The notes: a model not told the origin generated them from the letters alone. A stretch of 64,000 nt of DNA from Candidatus Pacearchaeota archaeon UBA92 (GCA_002497285.1 DANJ01000007.1:205-64204); one strand, 5' to 3'. Counted from the first letter of the stretch, positions 24,452 to 33,817 are shown. Numbers and translations: made by a program.

Positions 24452-25477
24452 ATGGACATGAAACACGAATTAAAAGGAAAAACTATTTTAATTACAGGAG
24501 GCACAGGCTTTTTAGGTAGAAATTTGGTTGCAGAAATTTTGAAGCACAAGCCAAAGAGTATAAGGGTTTTCAGCAGAGACGAGGTTAAACACCACATATT
24601 ACAGGAAAAATTCATTAGACATAAAGATGTAATCAGGACCCTTATCGGAGATGTAAGAGACTATGAGAGGTTAGAAAGGGCGATGCGAGGATGCGATATA
24701 GTAATTCACGCAGCTGCCTTGAAGAGGATAGATATGATTGAGTATAATGTGGACGAGTCAATAAAAACAAATATTCTTGGTTCTTTGAATGTCATAAGGG
24801 CAGCTTTGATTAACAAAGTTGATAAGGTGATACTAGTATCTTCAGATAAGGCTTGCTCTCCAGTAAACACTTACGGAGCATGTAAATTTGTTGCAGAAAG
24901 AATCTTTGTAGAAAACAACTTCAGCAAAGGCAACGCAAAAACTACATTTTCATGTGTAAGATATGGAAATGTGCTTCAAAGCACAGGTTCTGTAATTCCT
25001 TTCTTTCTCTCTAAAATAAAAAATAATGAAGACATCCCTCTTACAAATCCAGATATGACTCGCTTTATAATAACACCTAACCACGCAGTAGAGTTAATTT
25101 TTAACGCAATAAAATACGGAGAAGGCGGAGAAATTTTTATACCTCGACTTCCAGCTTTCAAAATAACTGATTTAATAAATTACCTGAAAGAAAAAAATAA
25201 TTCAAATAATAAAGTTAAGCTTGTAGGAATAAGACCTGGAGAAAAAATACATGAATTAATGATAAATTCTTCAGAAGTCTCAAGAACCTTTGAATTTCAA
25301 AACATGTATGTCATAACTTCTCAAATACAGAAATATTTAGACAGGATAAACTATAACTACCTTAAAAATAAAAAAAGAACAGGGTTAGAAGAGTACAGCT
25401 CAAACGATGCAGTTTTACCATACGATAAGCTTAAGAGATATCTTGACAGTATTGATTTAGAGAAATGGATAAAATAA
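24452..25477 (+). CDS. pseB: UDP-N-acetylglucosamine 4,6-dehydratase (inverting), PseB/FlaA1-like
   Basis: ILITGGTGFLG, SSDKACSPVNTYGACK (Y-x3-K), VRYGNV signatures. ATG at 24452 preferred over the tracked TTG at 24440. Confidence 0.8.
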   Translation: MDMKHELKGKTILITGGTGFLGRNLVAEILKHKPKSIRVFSRDEVKHHILQEKFIRHKDVIRTLIGDVRDYERLERAMRGCDIVIHAAALKRIDMIEYNVDESIKTNILGSLNVIRAALINKVDKVILVSSDKACSPVNTYGACKFVAERIFVENNFSKGNAKTTFSCVRYGNVLQSTGSVIPFFLSKIKNNEDIPLTNPDMTRFIITPNHAVELIFNAIKYGEGGEIFIPRLPAFKITDLINYLKEKNNSNNKVKLVGIRPGEKIHELMINSSEVSRTFEFQNMYVITSQIQKYLDRINYNYLKNKKRTGLEEYSSNDAVLPYDKLKRYLDSIDLEKWIK

Positions 25478-26586
25478 TCCCTTACCAAAGGCAATTCATT
25501 GATGAAAAAGACATAGAGGCGGTAGTCCAAACACTGAAATCCGATTTTATAACTACTGGCCCTAAAGTTAAAGAATTCGAACAAAGATTTGCAGAATATG
25601 TCGGCGCCAAATACGCCATAGCTATTTCTAACGGTACTGCTGCCTTGCATTTGGCTTGTCTTGCATCTGGATTAAAATATGGAGACGAACTAATAACTTC
25701 TCCTCTGACTTTTCTCGCATCTTCAAACTGTGCCCTCTACTGTGGAGCAAAACCTATATTTACAGAGATAGATAATCAAGGATTAATTGATTTGAAGGAC
25801 ATATCAAATAAAACCAATGAGAAGACTAAAATAATAATACCTGTCCACTACGGAGGATTACCCTTCAATACAAAAAAACTTAGAGAAAGTTTTAATGGAA
25901 TAATAATAGAAGACGCAGCCCATGCACTTGGAGCTAAAAATGGAACTGAAAAAATAGGTTCTTGCACTCATTCTGATATGTGCATCTTCAGCTTTCATCC
26001 TGTTAAACATATAACTACGGGAGAAGGCGGAATGATAACCACAAATAGTGAAGAATTATACAAAAAATTAATTGTCTTAAGAAGTCACGGAATAGATCCA
26101 AGTAAAAAAACAGAAGATGAACCTTGGGGAACACCAATGGTTTCTCTTGGCTACAATTATCGAATTACGGATATACAATGCGCCCTTGGATTGTCACAAC
26201 TAGACAAAGTAGATGGATTCATAATGGCTTCAAGAAAACTGGCTGAAAGATATGACCGTGCTTTTGCAGACAATAAGGATATAAGGACAATAAAAGAAAA
26301 AGAAGGGCAGTTTAATTCGTACCATCTTTATCCAATATTAGTCGGTAATTCAAAAGTTAGATTGGATTTATACAATTATTTAAGAAAAAATAATATCTTT
26401 GCGCAGATACATTACAAGCCAGTCTACTTACAGCCTTATTATCAGTCTCTTGGTTATGAAAAAGGGCTTTGCCCAAAGGCCGAGGAGTTTTATAATCAAG
26501 TGTTGAGTCTACCGATATACCCGCAGTTGACGGAAGAGGATCAGGATTTTGTGGTAAGAAAGATAAACGAGTTTTTTGAGGAGTAA
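25465..26586 (+). CDS. pseC: UDP-4-amino-4,6-dideoxy-N-acetyl-beta-L-altrosamine transaminase-like (DegT/DnrJ/EryC1 family)
   Basis: PYQRQFIDEKDIEAV start, SNGTAALHLA, SFHPVKHITTGEGG (PLP lysine). Confidence 0.8.
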   Translation: MDKIIPYQRQFIDEKDIEAVVQTLKSDFITTGPKVKEFEQRFAEYVGAKYAIAISNGTAALHLACLASGLKYGDELITSPLTFLASSNCALYCGAKPIFTEIDNQGLIDLKDISNKTNEKTKIIIPVHYGGLPFNTKKLRESFNGIIIEDAAHALGAKNGTEKIGSCTHSDMCIFSFHPVKHITTGEGGMITTNSEELYKKLIVLRSHGIDPSKKTEDEPWGTPMVSLGYNYRITDIQCALGLSQLDKVDGFIMASRKLAERYDRAFADNKDIRTIKEKEGQFNSYHLYPILVGNSKVRLDLYNYLRKNNIFAQIHYKPVYLQPYYQSLGYEKGLCPKAEEFYNQVLSLPIYPQLTEEDQDFVVRKINEFFEE

Positions 26587-26862
26587 TTACCTTAAAATCT
26601 CATTCAAATTAAACAATATTTCTAATAGTTTTTTTCCTTTTTCAGTAATTTCGTAATCAACGTTCATATGACCAATATTGTGTTTTTTGATGAATCTTTT
26701 ATCAAGAGGTTCTCTTAAGGCTCTTTGGAGCGTAGTATGTGAAACCCCGGTCATTCTAAACATTTGATTATATTTACCTTTGTTCTTATTCAAAAATAAA
26801 AGGATTTGAAATATACAGAAAATTTCTTTTGTATCAAATATCATAAAATATCTCCAAAACAT
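26587..26862 (-). CDS. Winged-helix DNA-binding protein (putative transcriptional regulator)
   Basis: 91 aa with an HTH-like segment MTGVSHTTLQRALR and a wing (DYEITEKGKKLL). Confidence 0.5.
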   Translation of the reverse strand: MFWRYFMIFDTKEIFCIFQILLFLNKNKGKYNQMFRMTGVSHTTLQRALREPLDKRFIKKHNIGHMNVDYEITEKGKKLLEILFNLNEILR

Positions 26863-26966
26863 TTATAAATAAATATTACATCGGAATATCGTTGTTATAT
26901 AAAATGGGTATGAAATTGAAAGATTTTTTCTAGGAACACCTTTCTTATAGTTCTAAGGACAGAGTT

Positions 26967-27554
26967 TTGAGAGAAGCAATGATTTTTGTTAGAGATAACG
27001 AAATAAAAGGAGATTATTTAGAGTTTGGAGTTCATGATGGAGGGAGCTTCTCCTCTGCTATTTTCTTTGCAAAAAAATATGGGCTGAACGATATGGTCTT
27101 TTTAGCATTTAATAGTTTTGAAGGTCTACCAAATAACAAAGAAGGCATGAAACTATTGAAGGGAGGTGGCTATGCGTGTGATTTGGAACAATTCAAGACC
27201 AATATAAGAAAAAGAGGTGCAGACTTAACTAATAAAGTAAGAGCTTATAAGGGCTGGTTTAAAGATTTAGAAAAGTGGAGAGAAAAAATTGGAAATAGAA
27301 AAGCATCTATAATTTATATTGATGGGGATTTATATCAATCAGCAGTAGAAGTTTTAAAATTTATTAATGGTTATTTACAGGAAGGCACATTACTAATATT
27401 TGACGACTGGAATCTTTTCAAAGGTAATCCCAATCAGGGAGAACAAAGAGCACTTAAGGAATGGTTAAAAACAAATCCTAAAATAAGACTAAGTGAATTT
27501 CTAAGATTTGGTTATCACGGAAATTCATTTATAATCAGCAAGGCCCCTGCTTAA
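26967..27554 (+). CDS. TylF/MycF-like SAM-dependent O-methyltransferase (N-terminus uncertain)
   Basis: GDYLEFGVHDGGSF and IYIDGDLYQS motifs. The tracked start is TTG at 26967, with an ATG at 26979. An in-frame upstream ATG at 26904 is separated from it by TAG at 26931. Confidence 0.65.
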   Translation: MREAMIFVRDNEIKGDYLEFGVHDGGSFSSAIFFAKKYGLNDMVFLAFNSFEGLPNNKEGMKLLKGGGYACDLEQFKTNIRKRGADLTNKVRAYKGWFKDLEKWREKIGNRKASIIYIDGDLYQSAVEVLKFINGYLQEGTLLIFDDWNLFKGNPNQGEQRALKEWLKTNPKIRLSEFLRFGYHGNSFIISKAPA

Positions 27555-28650
27555 GCACCCATTCACCATCCCCATCTCTCTTAAAAATATCCGTATTCAC
27601 AAAAGTGTCTCTTATCCTGTCAAATTCATTCTCGCTAATCCCAATAAAATCACAAAACTCTTTTTTATATTCCAATTTGCCGTCCCTCTCTTTCACTATC
27701 TTCAGCCCCTCATCTCTTTCCAATAAGCCGCTTCTTATGAAGATATTAACCTGATCTGTTGCTCGGCCGTATCCATATTTAATCCACTTCAAATGCTCTC
27801 TAATGCCTTCAAATTTCATGTCACAATTTTCCCAGTCAAGCCATGAGCCTGCCCATGCTCTTGGTAATGGCTTCCATCCGAACTCCTTGGCTTTCTCCAT
27901 ATTTTTTTGGGAATCCCACTTAAAATAATATCCATAAAATAATCCGGTGACTCCAACTTTTTGTATATCCTCATCAGATGGATAAACTAAAGATTTCAGG
28001 TCAGACATGCTTATTTCATCATCAACCATATCCTCTTCTCTGAAGCCTCTCATTCCTCCGAATTCCTGCCTCCATCTTTTATCCAATACCTTTCTTTCCC
28101 TGTCTGCTGCAGGTCCGCCATATTCCATCTGCGAATTCTCGCCCCAAATTATCAAAGGGACATTGAAAGCAACGGCAATTTTTGCAGGTATTGTGAATAT
28201 TCCAACATGATTCACCCAATAAGGGTCTCCGACAATTTCAAAGCCCTTCTTAACAAGCCTTTTCACAATATTTGGATTCAAGGTGAAGTGTATATGGTCA
28301 ACTCCGATCTTTCTTAAAATCTCTAAGTTATGCTCGCTCACACTGGTTTTGTCAAATTGGTCAAATGTTACCGCAAGAGGGTTCATCTTATGGATTACTT
28401 TCATGCAGTACGTCTGCCACATGCTATCTTTGCCTCCGCTGACTGGAACAATGCAGTCATAATTTTTTCCGTCTTTCGACCTGTATTTTTCTATTATCTC
28501 TTCGAATTCTTTTGCTCTCCTTTTCCAGTCAATGCCTTCTTCAGCCTCGTTTTTCTTTTCAGCAGTCCTGCACGCATCACATATCCCATGTTCATCAAAA
28601 TAAATGTCTGGTTTTGTATCAGGAAAAAGGCATCTCTTACAGTACTTCAT
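27535..28650 (-). CDS. N-acetyl sugar amidotransferase (WbpG/PseA/WbuX family)
   Basis: N-terminal zinc-ribbon-like MKYCKRCLFPDTKPDIYFDEHGICDACR, then a PP-loop-like VPVSGGKDS. Confidence 0.8.
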   Translation of the reverse strand: MKYCKRCLFPDTKPDIYFDEHGICDACRTAEKKNEAEEGIDWKRRAKEFEEIIEKYRSKDGKNYDCIVPVSGGKDSMWQTYCMKVIHKMNPLAVTFDQFDKTSVSEHNLEILRKIGVDHIHFTLNPNIVKRLVKKGFEIVGDPYWVNHVGIFTIPAKIAVAFNVPLIIWGENSQMEYGGPAADRERKVLDKRWRQEFGGMRGFREEDMVDDEISMSDLKSLVYPSDEDIQKVGVTGLFYGYYFKWDSQKNMEKAKEFGWKPLPRAWAGSWLDWENCDMKFEGIREHLKWIKYGYGRATDQVNIFIRSGLLERDEGLKIVKERDGKLEYKKEFCDFIGISENEFDRIRDTFVNTDIFKRDGDGEWVLKQGPC

Positions 28651-28657
28651 ATTTTTA

Positions 28658-29413
28658 TCATAAGAGGCGCATATTTAAACCTTTTTTCGACATGTAGTCT
28701 TTAGAGCTTATCATACTTTCACCAACAAAATAAAATATGCTCGCCGCACACACAGCATCTGCTCCAATTTTTATAGCGGAAACAAAATCTTCGACCTTTC
28801 CGCATCCTCCGCAGGCAATCACAGGTATTCCTACTGAAGATGAGACCATCCTTATCAGCTCCAGGTCATACCCTTCCATTGTTCCATCTTTGTCTATGGA
28901 GTTGAGCAGGATTTCTCCTGCGCCAAGGCTTTCAGCGATTTTTGCAAGCTCAATAGGATTGTATTCGCTCTCCTCATTCCCGGAAGAGATAAAACATCTG
29001 TATCCATTATCTGTTTTCTTAGCATCTATAGAGGCAACGACCGCCTGCGAGCCGTATTTTTTTACTATTTCCATTATCAAATCTGGATTCTTAACCAATG
29101 CTGTATTGAGTGAGATTTTATCAGCCCCAATTTGAAAAAGTTTGTCCACATGCTGCATGTTTTTTATTCCCCCGCCTATTGTCAAAGGCATAAAGCATTC
29201 TCTGGCAATGCCTTCTATAACTGCAAAATTAGGCTCCTTATTCTTTCTGGAAGCCATGATGTCAAGGAAGATCATTTCGTCAGCCTTTCTTTCGTTGAAA
29301 ACTCTGGCAACAGTTGTAGGATCCCCAACCATCCTTAAATCCTTAAATTTAACACTTTTCACAATAGTCTTGTCATTAAAAAGCAGGCATGGAATTATTC
29401 TGTATTTAAGCAT
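28658..29413 (-). CDS. Imidazole glycerol phosphate synthase cyclase subunit-like protein (HisF/WbuZ-type, glycosyl amidation associated)
   Basis: RIIPCLL start, TIGGGI, ACGGCG signatures of HisF. Located next to the HisH-like and WbpG-like genes. Confidence 0.8.
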   Translation of the reverse strand: MLKYRIIPCLLFNDKTIVKSVKFKDLRMVGDPTTVARVFNERKADEMIFLDIMASRKNKEPNFAVIEGIARECFMPLTIGGGIKNMQHVDKLFQIGADKISLNTALVKNPDLIMEIVKKYGSQAVVASIDAKKTDNGYRCFISSGNEESEYNPIELAKIAESLGAGEILLNSIDKDGTMEGYDLELIRMVSSSVGIPVIACGGCGKVEDFVSAIKIGADAVCAASIFYFVGESMISSKDYMSKKGLNMRLL

Positions 29414-30029
29414 TGTATGAAATAAAATTTTTAATTATCTTCAGCCCTTCAGTCTGGCTCTTTTCAGGATGGAACTGCGTGCCGAATATGTTGCCCTTTT
29501 GAAAAACAGAAATGAAATCGTAGCCGTAATTTGTGAATGCCTTTTTCATTTTCTCATCGCTGACTGCATGATAGCTATGGACAAAATAAAAGTTCGTCCC
29601 TTCATTTATCTCTTTGAGTATTTCAATATCTCTAATTTCATCTCCCAATATATCATTCCATCCGATATGTGGAATCTTTATCCTTTTTCCAGGATTAAGG
29701 TCAAACTTTTTCACAACTCCCCTGACTAAGCCGATCCCATTGTTTATCCCGCCTTCCTCCCCTGTGCTGAAAAGAAGCTGCATGCCAAGACATATCCCGA
29801 GTATCGGCTTCTTCTTTTCCAGAACTTCCTTTCTTATGCATTCAACAAGGCCAAGATTATGGAGGTTCTTCATGGTCTCCCCAAAGGCCCCAACTCCTGG
29901 AAGGATCAAATGGGACGCAGATTCTATGTCCTCTTTTTTATCAGAAACAATGAATTCAGCACCCAGTTTAACAAGGGCTTTTTCTACAGAGCGGAGATTG
30001 CTTGTTCCGCAGTTTATCACAGTTATCAT
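29406..30029 (-). CDS. Glutamine amidotransferase subunit (HisH/WbuY-type)
   Basis: Class I GATase motifs LPGVGAFG, GICLGMQLL, FHPEKS. 8-nt overlap with the HisF-like gene. Confidence 0.8.
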   Translation of the reverse strand: MITVINCGTSNLRSVEKALVKLGAEFIVSDKKEDIESASHLILPGVGAFGETMKNLHNLGLVECIRKEVLEKKKPILGICLGMQLLFSTGEEGGINNGIGLVRGVVKKFDLNPGKRIKIPHIGWNDILGDEIRDIEILKEINEGTNFYFVHSYHAVSDEKMKKAFTNYGYDFISVFQKGNIFGTQFHPEKSQTEGLKIIKNFISYNA

Positions 30030-30126
30030 GTTTGTAAAATCTGCATCCCATATATAAATTTATTCGCATTCCTTAATTTTAATAGATTATAAAAAAACTT
30101 ATAAAGAGGGAGATGATTGTAAAAAC

Positions 30127-31203
30127 ATGTCAAAGATATTAGTTACAGCAAAGCAGGCAGGATCAGTGAATGCCTTGGTAGAACCTGTAAAAGAGCTAAT
30201 GAAAAGAGGGCACGATGTTGTTGTGTATGCAACAGGGAACGAGGCAGAGGCGAAAGGGTTTGGATTGTTCAATGCGGGAATAAACAAATCCCCAGATTAT
30301 AACTCTGTTTTGGATGGTGTGGACCTTCTTATTTCCGGTCTATCGGGCACAGATACTCCAGATTCACAATTCATCAGAACAGCAAACAGAATGAAAATCC
30401 CTTCAATAGGAGTCAATGATCAAAACACAAATTATGCAAAGCGCTTCAGTTCTTTAGAAGATTTGCCCTCGGCTATTAGCTTGATGGACGGCAGCTGCCT
30501 CTCAACAATGCTAAGCCAGCTTGAAACTGAATTAGGTGCGGAAGCTTCAAAGAGGGCAGTCGTTATCGGCTGGACAGCCCTTGACAGGTATGCAGCAATA
30601 AGGAATGGCTTCTCAAGCTCGGATAGAGAAAGGTTAATAAAAAAATTGGGAGAATATTCAGGGTCAAAGGAAGGGATATTTTTTCATGCAACTCAGAATG
30701 TAAAAGTCAATGGAGACTCAAATTTTTTTGATTATGAATTAAAAGTCACAGAAAAAGTTTTTCAGATGGCCTCCGATTTAGGCAAGGCTTTGACAGTTAA
30801 ACCCCATCCCAGAGAAGAAGCAGGTATAACTAAAAATTTTGCTGAAAGATTCGGCCATGCCTTTTTGCCGCCCGAGGCTTGCTCAACGCTGGACTTGATA
30901 CTTTTGTCAGATTCAGTCACTGCGGGCAGAAGCACTTGTCTTACTGAAGCATGCCTGTTAGACAAAAATACAGGAGGGATTTTGCCGGAAATAAGGGACG
31001 AGGAGTTAATAGGGTACCCTCCGGTCCAGATAAATGCAATACCTTACACGCAGAGATGGAGCGAAATATCAGATATTTTAGAAAAAATAACTTCGGCAAA
31101 TAAACAAATTAATGCGAAACTAGCAGAGAATAGAAAAAGATTTTCGGTAGATGGAAAGGCTTCAGAAAGGCTGGCCAGCCTGGCAGAGAAAATAATTTCT
31201 TAG
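30127..31203 (+). CDS. Uncharacterised protein with GT-B/Rossmann-like layout (candidate PseG-type hydrolase or glycosyltransferase)
   Basis: 358 aa. The N-terminal KILVTAKQAGSVNAL...HDVVVYATG segment resembles the N-domain of GT-B enzymes. No firm motif. Higher GC. Confidence 0.3.
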   Translation: MSKILVTAKQAGSVNALVEPVKELMKRGHDVVVYATGNEAEAKGFGLFNAGINKSPDYNSVLDGVDLLISGLSGTDTPDSQFIRTANRMKIPSIGVNDQNTNYAKRFSSLEDLPSAISLMDGSCLSTMLSQLETELGAEASKRAVVIGWTALDRYAAIRNGFSSSDRERLIKKLGEYSGSKEGIFFHATQNVKVNGDSNFFDYELKVTEKVFQMASDLGKALTVKPHPREEAGITKNFAERFGHAFLPPEACSTLDLILLSDSVTAGRSTCLTEACLLDKNTGGILPEIRDEELIGYPPVQINAIPYTQRWSEISDILEKITSANKQINAKLAENRKRFSVDGKASERLASLAEKIIS

Positions 31204-31841
31204 TCCCCTTTCTTCAGAAGAAACATATGGTCGACATTTCCGCTGCTTTTATATTTCAGTTTCTTTTCCCTTATAATTTTAAGGTCAGGATGCCGCTCTA
31301 AAAATATTTTCATAAAATTATTTTTCCACAGCCTGTTTTTATGCCCTCTGTATTCTATCTCCTCGCATTTTTCGGAAAAATATTCGTATCCCCATATGTA
31401 TTTTTTGCTAAGCTTGTATATCTCGTCAACTGCCTTCCCAACATTTTCGGGATGGATATGTATCAGGACGCCGCTTGTGAAGACCAGGTCAAAATATCCG
31501 TCCTTGAATGGAATATCAAGCGCGGAGGCCTCTATCAGGTTTGCTTCAGGCAGGTTTTTCTTGGCAGTCTTAAGGCCTGCTTTTGATAAGTCAATTCCAG
31601 ACAGATTTCCAAAGCCAAGAGTTTTAAGATTAAGGAGCTGCATGCCTGTATTGCACCCTACCTCGAGTATTTTCATGCTTTTATCAAAATTAGAAATAAA
31701 TTCCCTGTTAAGTTCAGTTCTGGAAATTCCAAAGTAATCAATATATAATTTGTCCAGGCCTTCCTGATCTAAATTATTTCTTTCACTGTATTCATTGCCA
31801 AAATCCTTGCTCCAAAACTCGGATTGCTCATTTTCGTGCAT
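31200..31841 (-). CDS. Class I SAM-dependent methyltransferase, pseudaminic-acid-biosynthesis-associated methylase-like
   Basis: EFWSKDFGNEYSERN N-terminus and ILEVGCNTG SAM motif, 213 aa. Confidence 0.6.
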   Translation of the reverse strand: MHENEQSEFWSKDFGNEYSERNNLDQEGLDKLYIDYFGISRTELNREFISNFDKSMKILEVGCNTGMQLLNLKTLGFGNLSGIDLSKAGLKTAKKNLPEANLIEASALDIPFKDGYFDLVFTSGVLIHIHPENVGKAVDEIYKLSKKYIWGYEYFSEKCEEIEYRGHKNRLWKNNFMKIFLERHPDLKIIREKKLKYKSSGNVDHMFLLKKGD

Positions 31842-31951
31842 ATTCTTCTTTGATTATTTAGGTATTTAAGGTTACCTTTTTCTATAAATCTTCAACATTA
31901 AAACAATTTTAGCATAATAACCTATTTATACCCTTCAACATTGCTAAAAAT

Positions 31952-33811
31952 ATGGGAAAAACAGCGATAATAATACAGGCAAGAATGGGCTCATCAAGAT
32001 TGCCTAACAAGGTGATGATTAACTTAGCAGGAAAGCCGATAATTCAGCATGTTATTGAAAGATGCAGAAAATCCAAGGCAGATGAAGTAATTGTGGCAAC
32101 ATCCACAAATTCTGAAAACGACGAAATAGAAGATTTTTGCAAAAAAATAGGTTGTCCTTGCTTCAGAGGTTCAGAAGAAGATGTTTTAGATAGATATTTT
32201 CAGGCGGCAGAAGAAAATAAAGCAGATATCGTAATAAGGATAACTTCAGATTGTCCTTTGATAGATTATGCACTAATTGACTTATTGATAGATGAATTTA
32301 GCTCAAAGAGCTATGATTATATTTCTAATGTCCTCGCGAGAACATTTCCAAGAGGCCTTGATGCAGAAATATTCAGCTTCGCAGCATTGAAGAAAGCGCA
32401 TGAATTGGCAGAAAAAAAGACAGACAGAGAGCACGTGACATCATTCATCTATGCAAATCCAAATATTTTCAAAATAAAAGGAATAGAAGCTTCAGGATTC
32501 CTAAGGAGGCCAGATATAAGAGTTACAATAGATACTAAAGAGGATTTGGAAGTTTTGAAATCAATATTTGAGAATTTAAAAGATGCTGCGCATTTACCTA
32601 TTTCAGATATTCTAAAATATTTAGACGCAAACCCAAAAATCAGAGATTTAAACAGGCAAAGTGAATTCAGCCAGATAATAAAAAACAAAGAGGAGGGCGT
32701 CAGGCAGGAAATAAATGCGGGAAAAATGCCTCTGGAAATAAAGATTGGAAATAAAAAGATCGGAAGAAATAATCCCACATTTATAATAGCGGAGCTTTCA
32801 TGTAATCATTTGCAGGATTATGATTTGGCTGTAAAAACAATCAAGGCTATGAAAGAATCTGGAGCTGATGCAGTAAAATTGCAGGCATATACACCAGATA
32901 CAATAACTCTGGATAGCGATAATGAAGATTTCCAGATTAAGCAGGGAACAATTTGGGATGGCCAGACTCTTCATGATTTATATAAAAAAGCATATACACC
33001 TTGGGAGTGGATTCCAAAATTAAAAAATCTGTCAGAAGAGCTTGGATTGGTCTGCTTTTCATCATCATTCGATAAGACTGCAGTTGATTTTCTTGAAGAG
33101 CTTGACTTTCCGGCGCATAAAATTTCATCATTCGAAATAACAGACATACCTCTAATAAAATATGCAGCGTCAAAGGGAAAACCAATTATTATTTCTACTG
33201 GAATAGCTGAACTATCTGATATAGAAAAAGCAATTGAAGCCTGTAAATCTGTTAACAACAATCAAATAATCCTGTTAAAATGCACTTCAGCTTATCCAGC
33301 CCCATATGAAGAATCAAATATTAAGACAATTCCCGATTTAGAAGAAAGGTTTGAAGTTATTGCAGGTTTATCTGACCATACTCTTGGAATATCTGTTCCA
33401 GTGGCTGCAGTGGCTCTGGGCGCCAAAATCGTTGAAAAACATTTTATTTTGGATAGGAATCTTAAAAGCAGGAATGGTGAGCTGTCCCCCGATGCTGCTT
33501 TTTCCCTTGAACCTGAAGAATTTAAGCTTCTTGTAGAATCTATCCGCAACACGGAAAGGGCACTGGGAGTAGTAAACTATAATCTGACAGAAAAAGCGAA
33601 AAGAGGCAGGGAGTTTGCCAAATCTCTTTACATCGCAAAAGATACTAAAAAGGGCGAAGTTTTTACAGAAGACAATGTTCGGTCTGTAAGGCCAGGATTC
33701 GGGCTTCATCCAGAGAATCTGGACAAAATATTAGGAAAAAGAGCAAAAACAGATATAAAAAAAGGTACAAGGATGGCGTTCAGTTTAATTGATGAGGAAT
33801 ACAAAACCTAA
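31952..33811 (+). CDS. Fusion protein: cytidylyltransferase-like domain (SpsF/COG1861 type) plus nonulosonic (pseudaminic/N-acetylneuraminic) acid synthase NeuB/PseI domain
   Basis: N-terminal AIIIQARMGSSRLPNKVM...ITSDCPLID. From about aa 265, NPTFIIAELSCNH, GADAVKLQ, LSDHTLG and a C-terminal SAF-like VRSVRPGFGL. Confidence 0.8.
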   Translation: MGKTAIIIQARMGSSRLPNKVMINLAGKPIIQHVIERCRKSKADEVIVATSTNSENDEIEDFCKKIGCPCFRGSEEDVLDRYFQAAEENKADIVIRITSDCPLIDYALIDLLIDEFSSKSYDYISNVLARTFPRGLDAEIFSFAALKKAHELAEKKTDREHVTSFIYANPNIFKIKGIEASGFLRRPDIRVTIDTKEDLEVLKSIFENLKDAAHLPISDILKYLDANPKIRDLNRQSEFSQIIKNKEEGVRQEINAGKMPLEIKIGNKKIGRNNPTFIIAELSCNHLQDYDLAVKTIKAMKESGADAVKLQAYTPDTITLDSDNEDFQIKQGTIWDGQTLHDLYKKAYTPWEWIPKLKNLSEELGLVCFSSSFDKTAVDFLEELDFPAHKISSFEITDIPLIKYAASKGKPIIISTGIAELSDIEKAIEACKSVNNNQIILLKCTSAYPAPYEESNIKTIPDLEERFEVIAGLSDHTLGISVPVAAVALGAKIVEKHFILDRNLKSRNGELSPDAAFSLEPEEFKLLVESIRNTERALGVVNYNLTEKAKRGREFAKSLYIAKDTKKGEVFTEDNVRSVRPGFGLHPENLDKILGKRAKTDIKKGTRMAFSLIDEEYKT

Positions 33812-33817
33812 GTTACT

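Noticed and set aside
26931-26933. Possibility that TAG is recoded (readthrough or pyrrolysine-like) in this organism.
   Set aside because: TAG clearly terminates well-supported genes here: secD at 4397-4399, and the GT-C gene ending at 48500-48502 on the minus strand. Standard decoding is therefore the simplest reading.
28737-30057. Several 70-150-aa plus-strand ORFs (28737..29135, 29142..29420, 29614..30057).
   Set aside because: They are antisense to the HisF-like and HisH-like genes. The higher GC of this block reduces random stop codons, and the sense genes carry unambiguous motifs.
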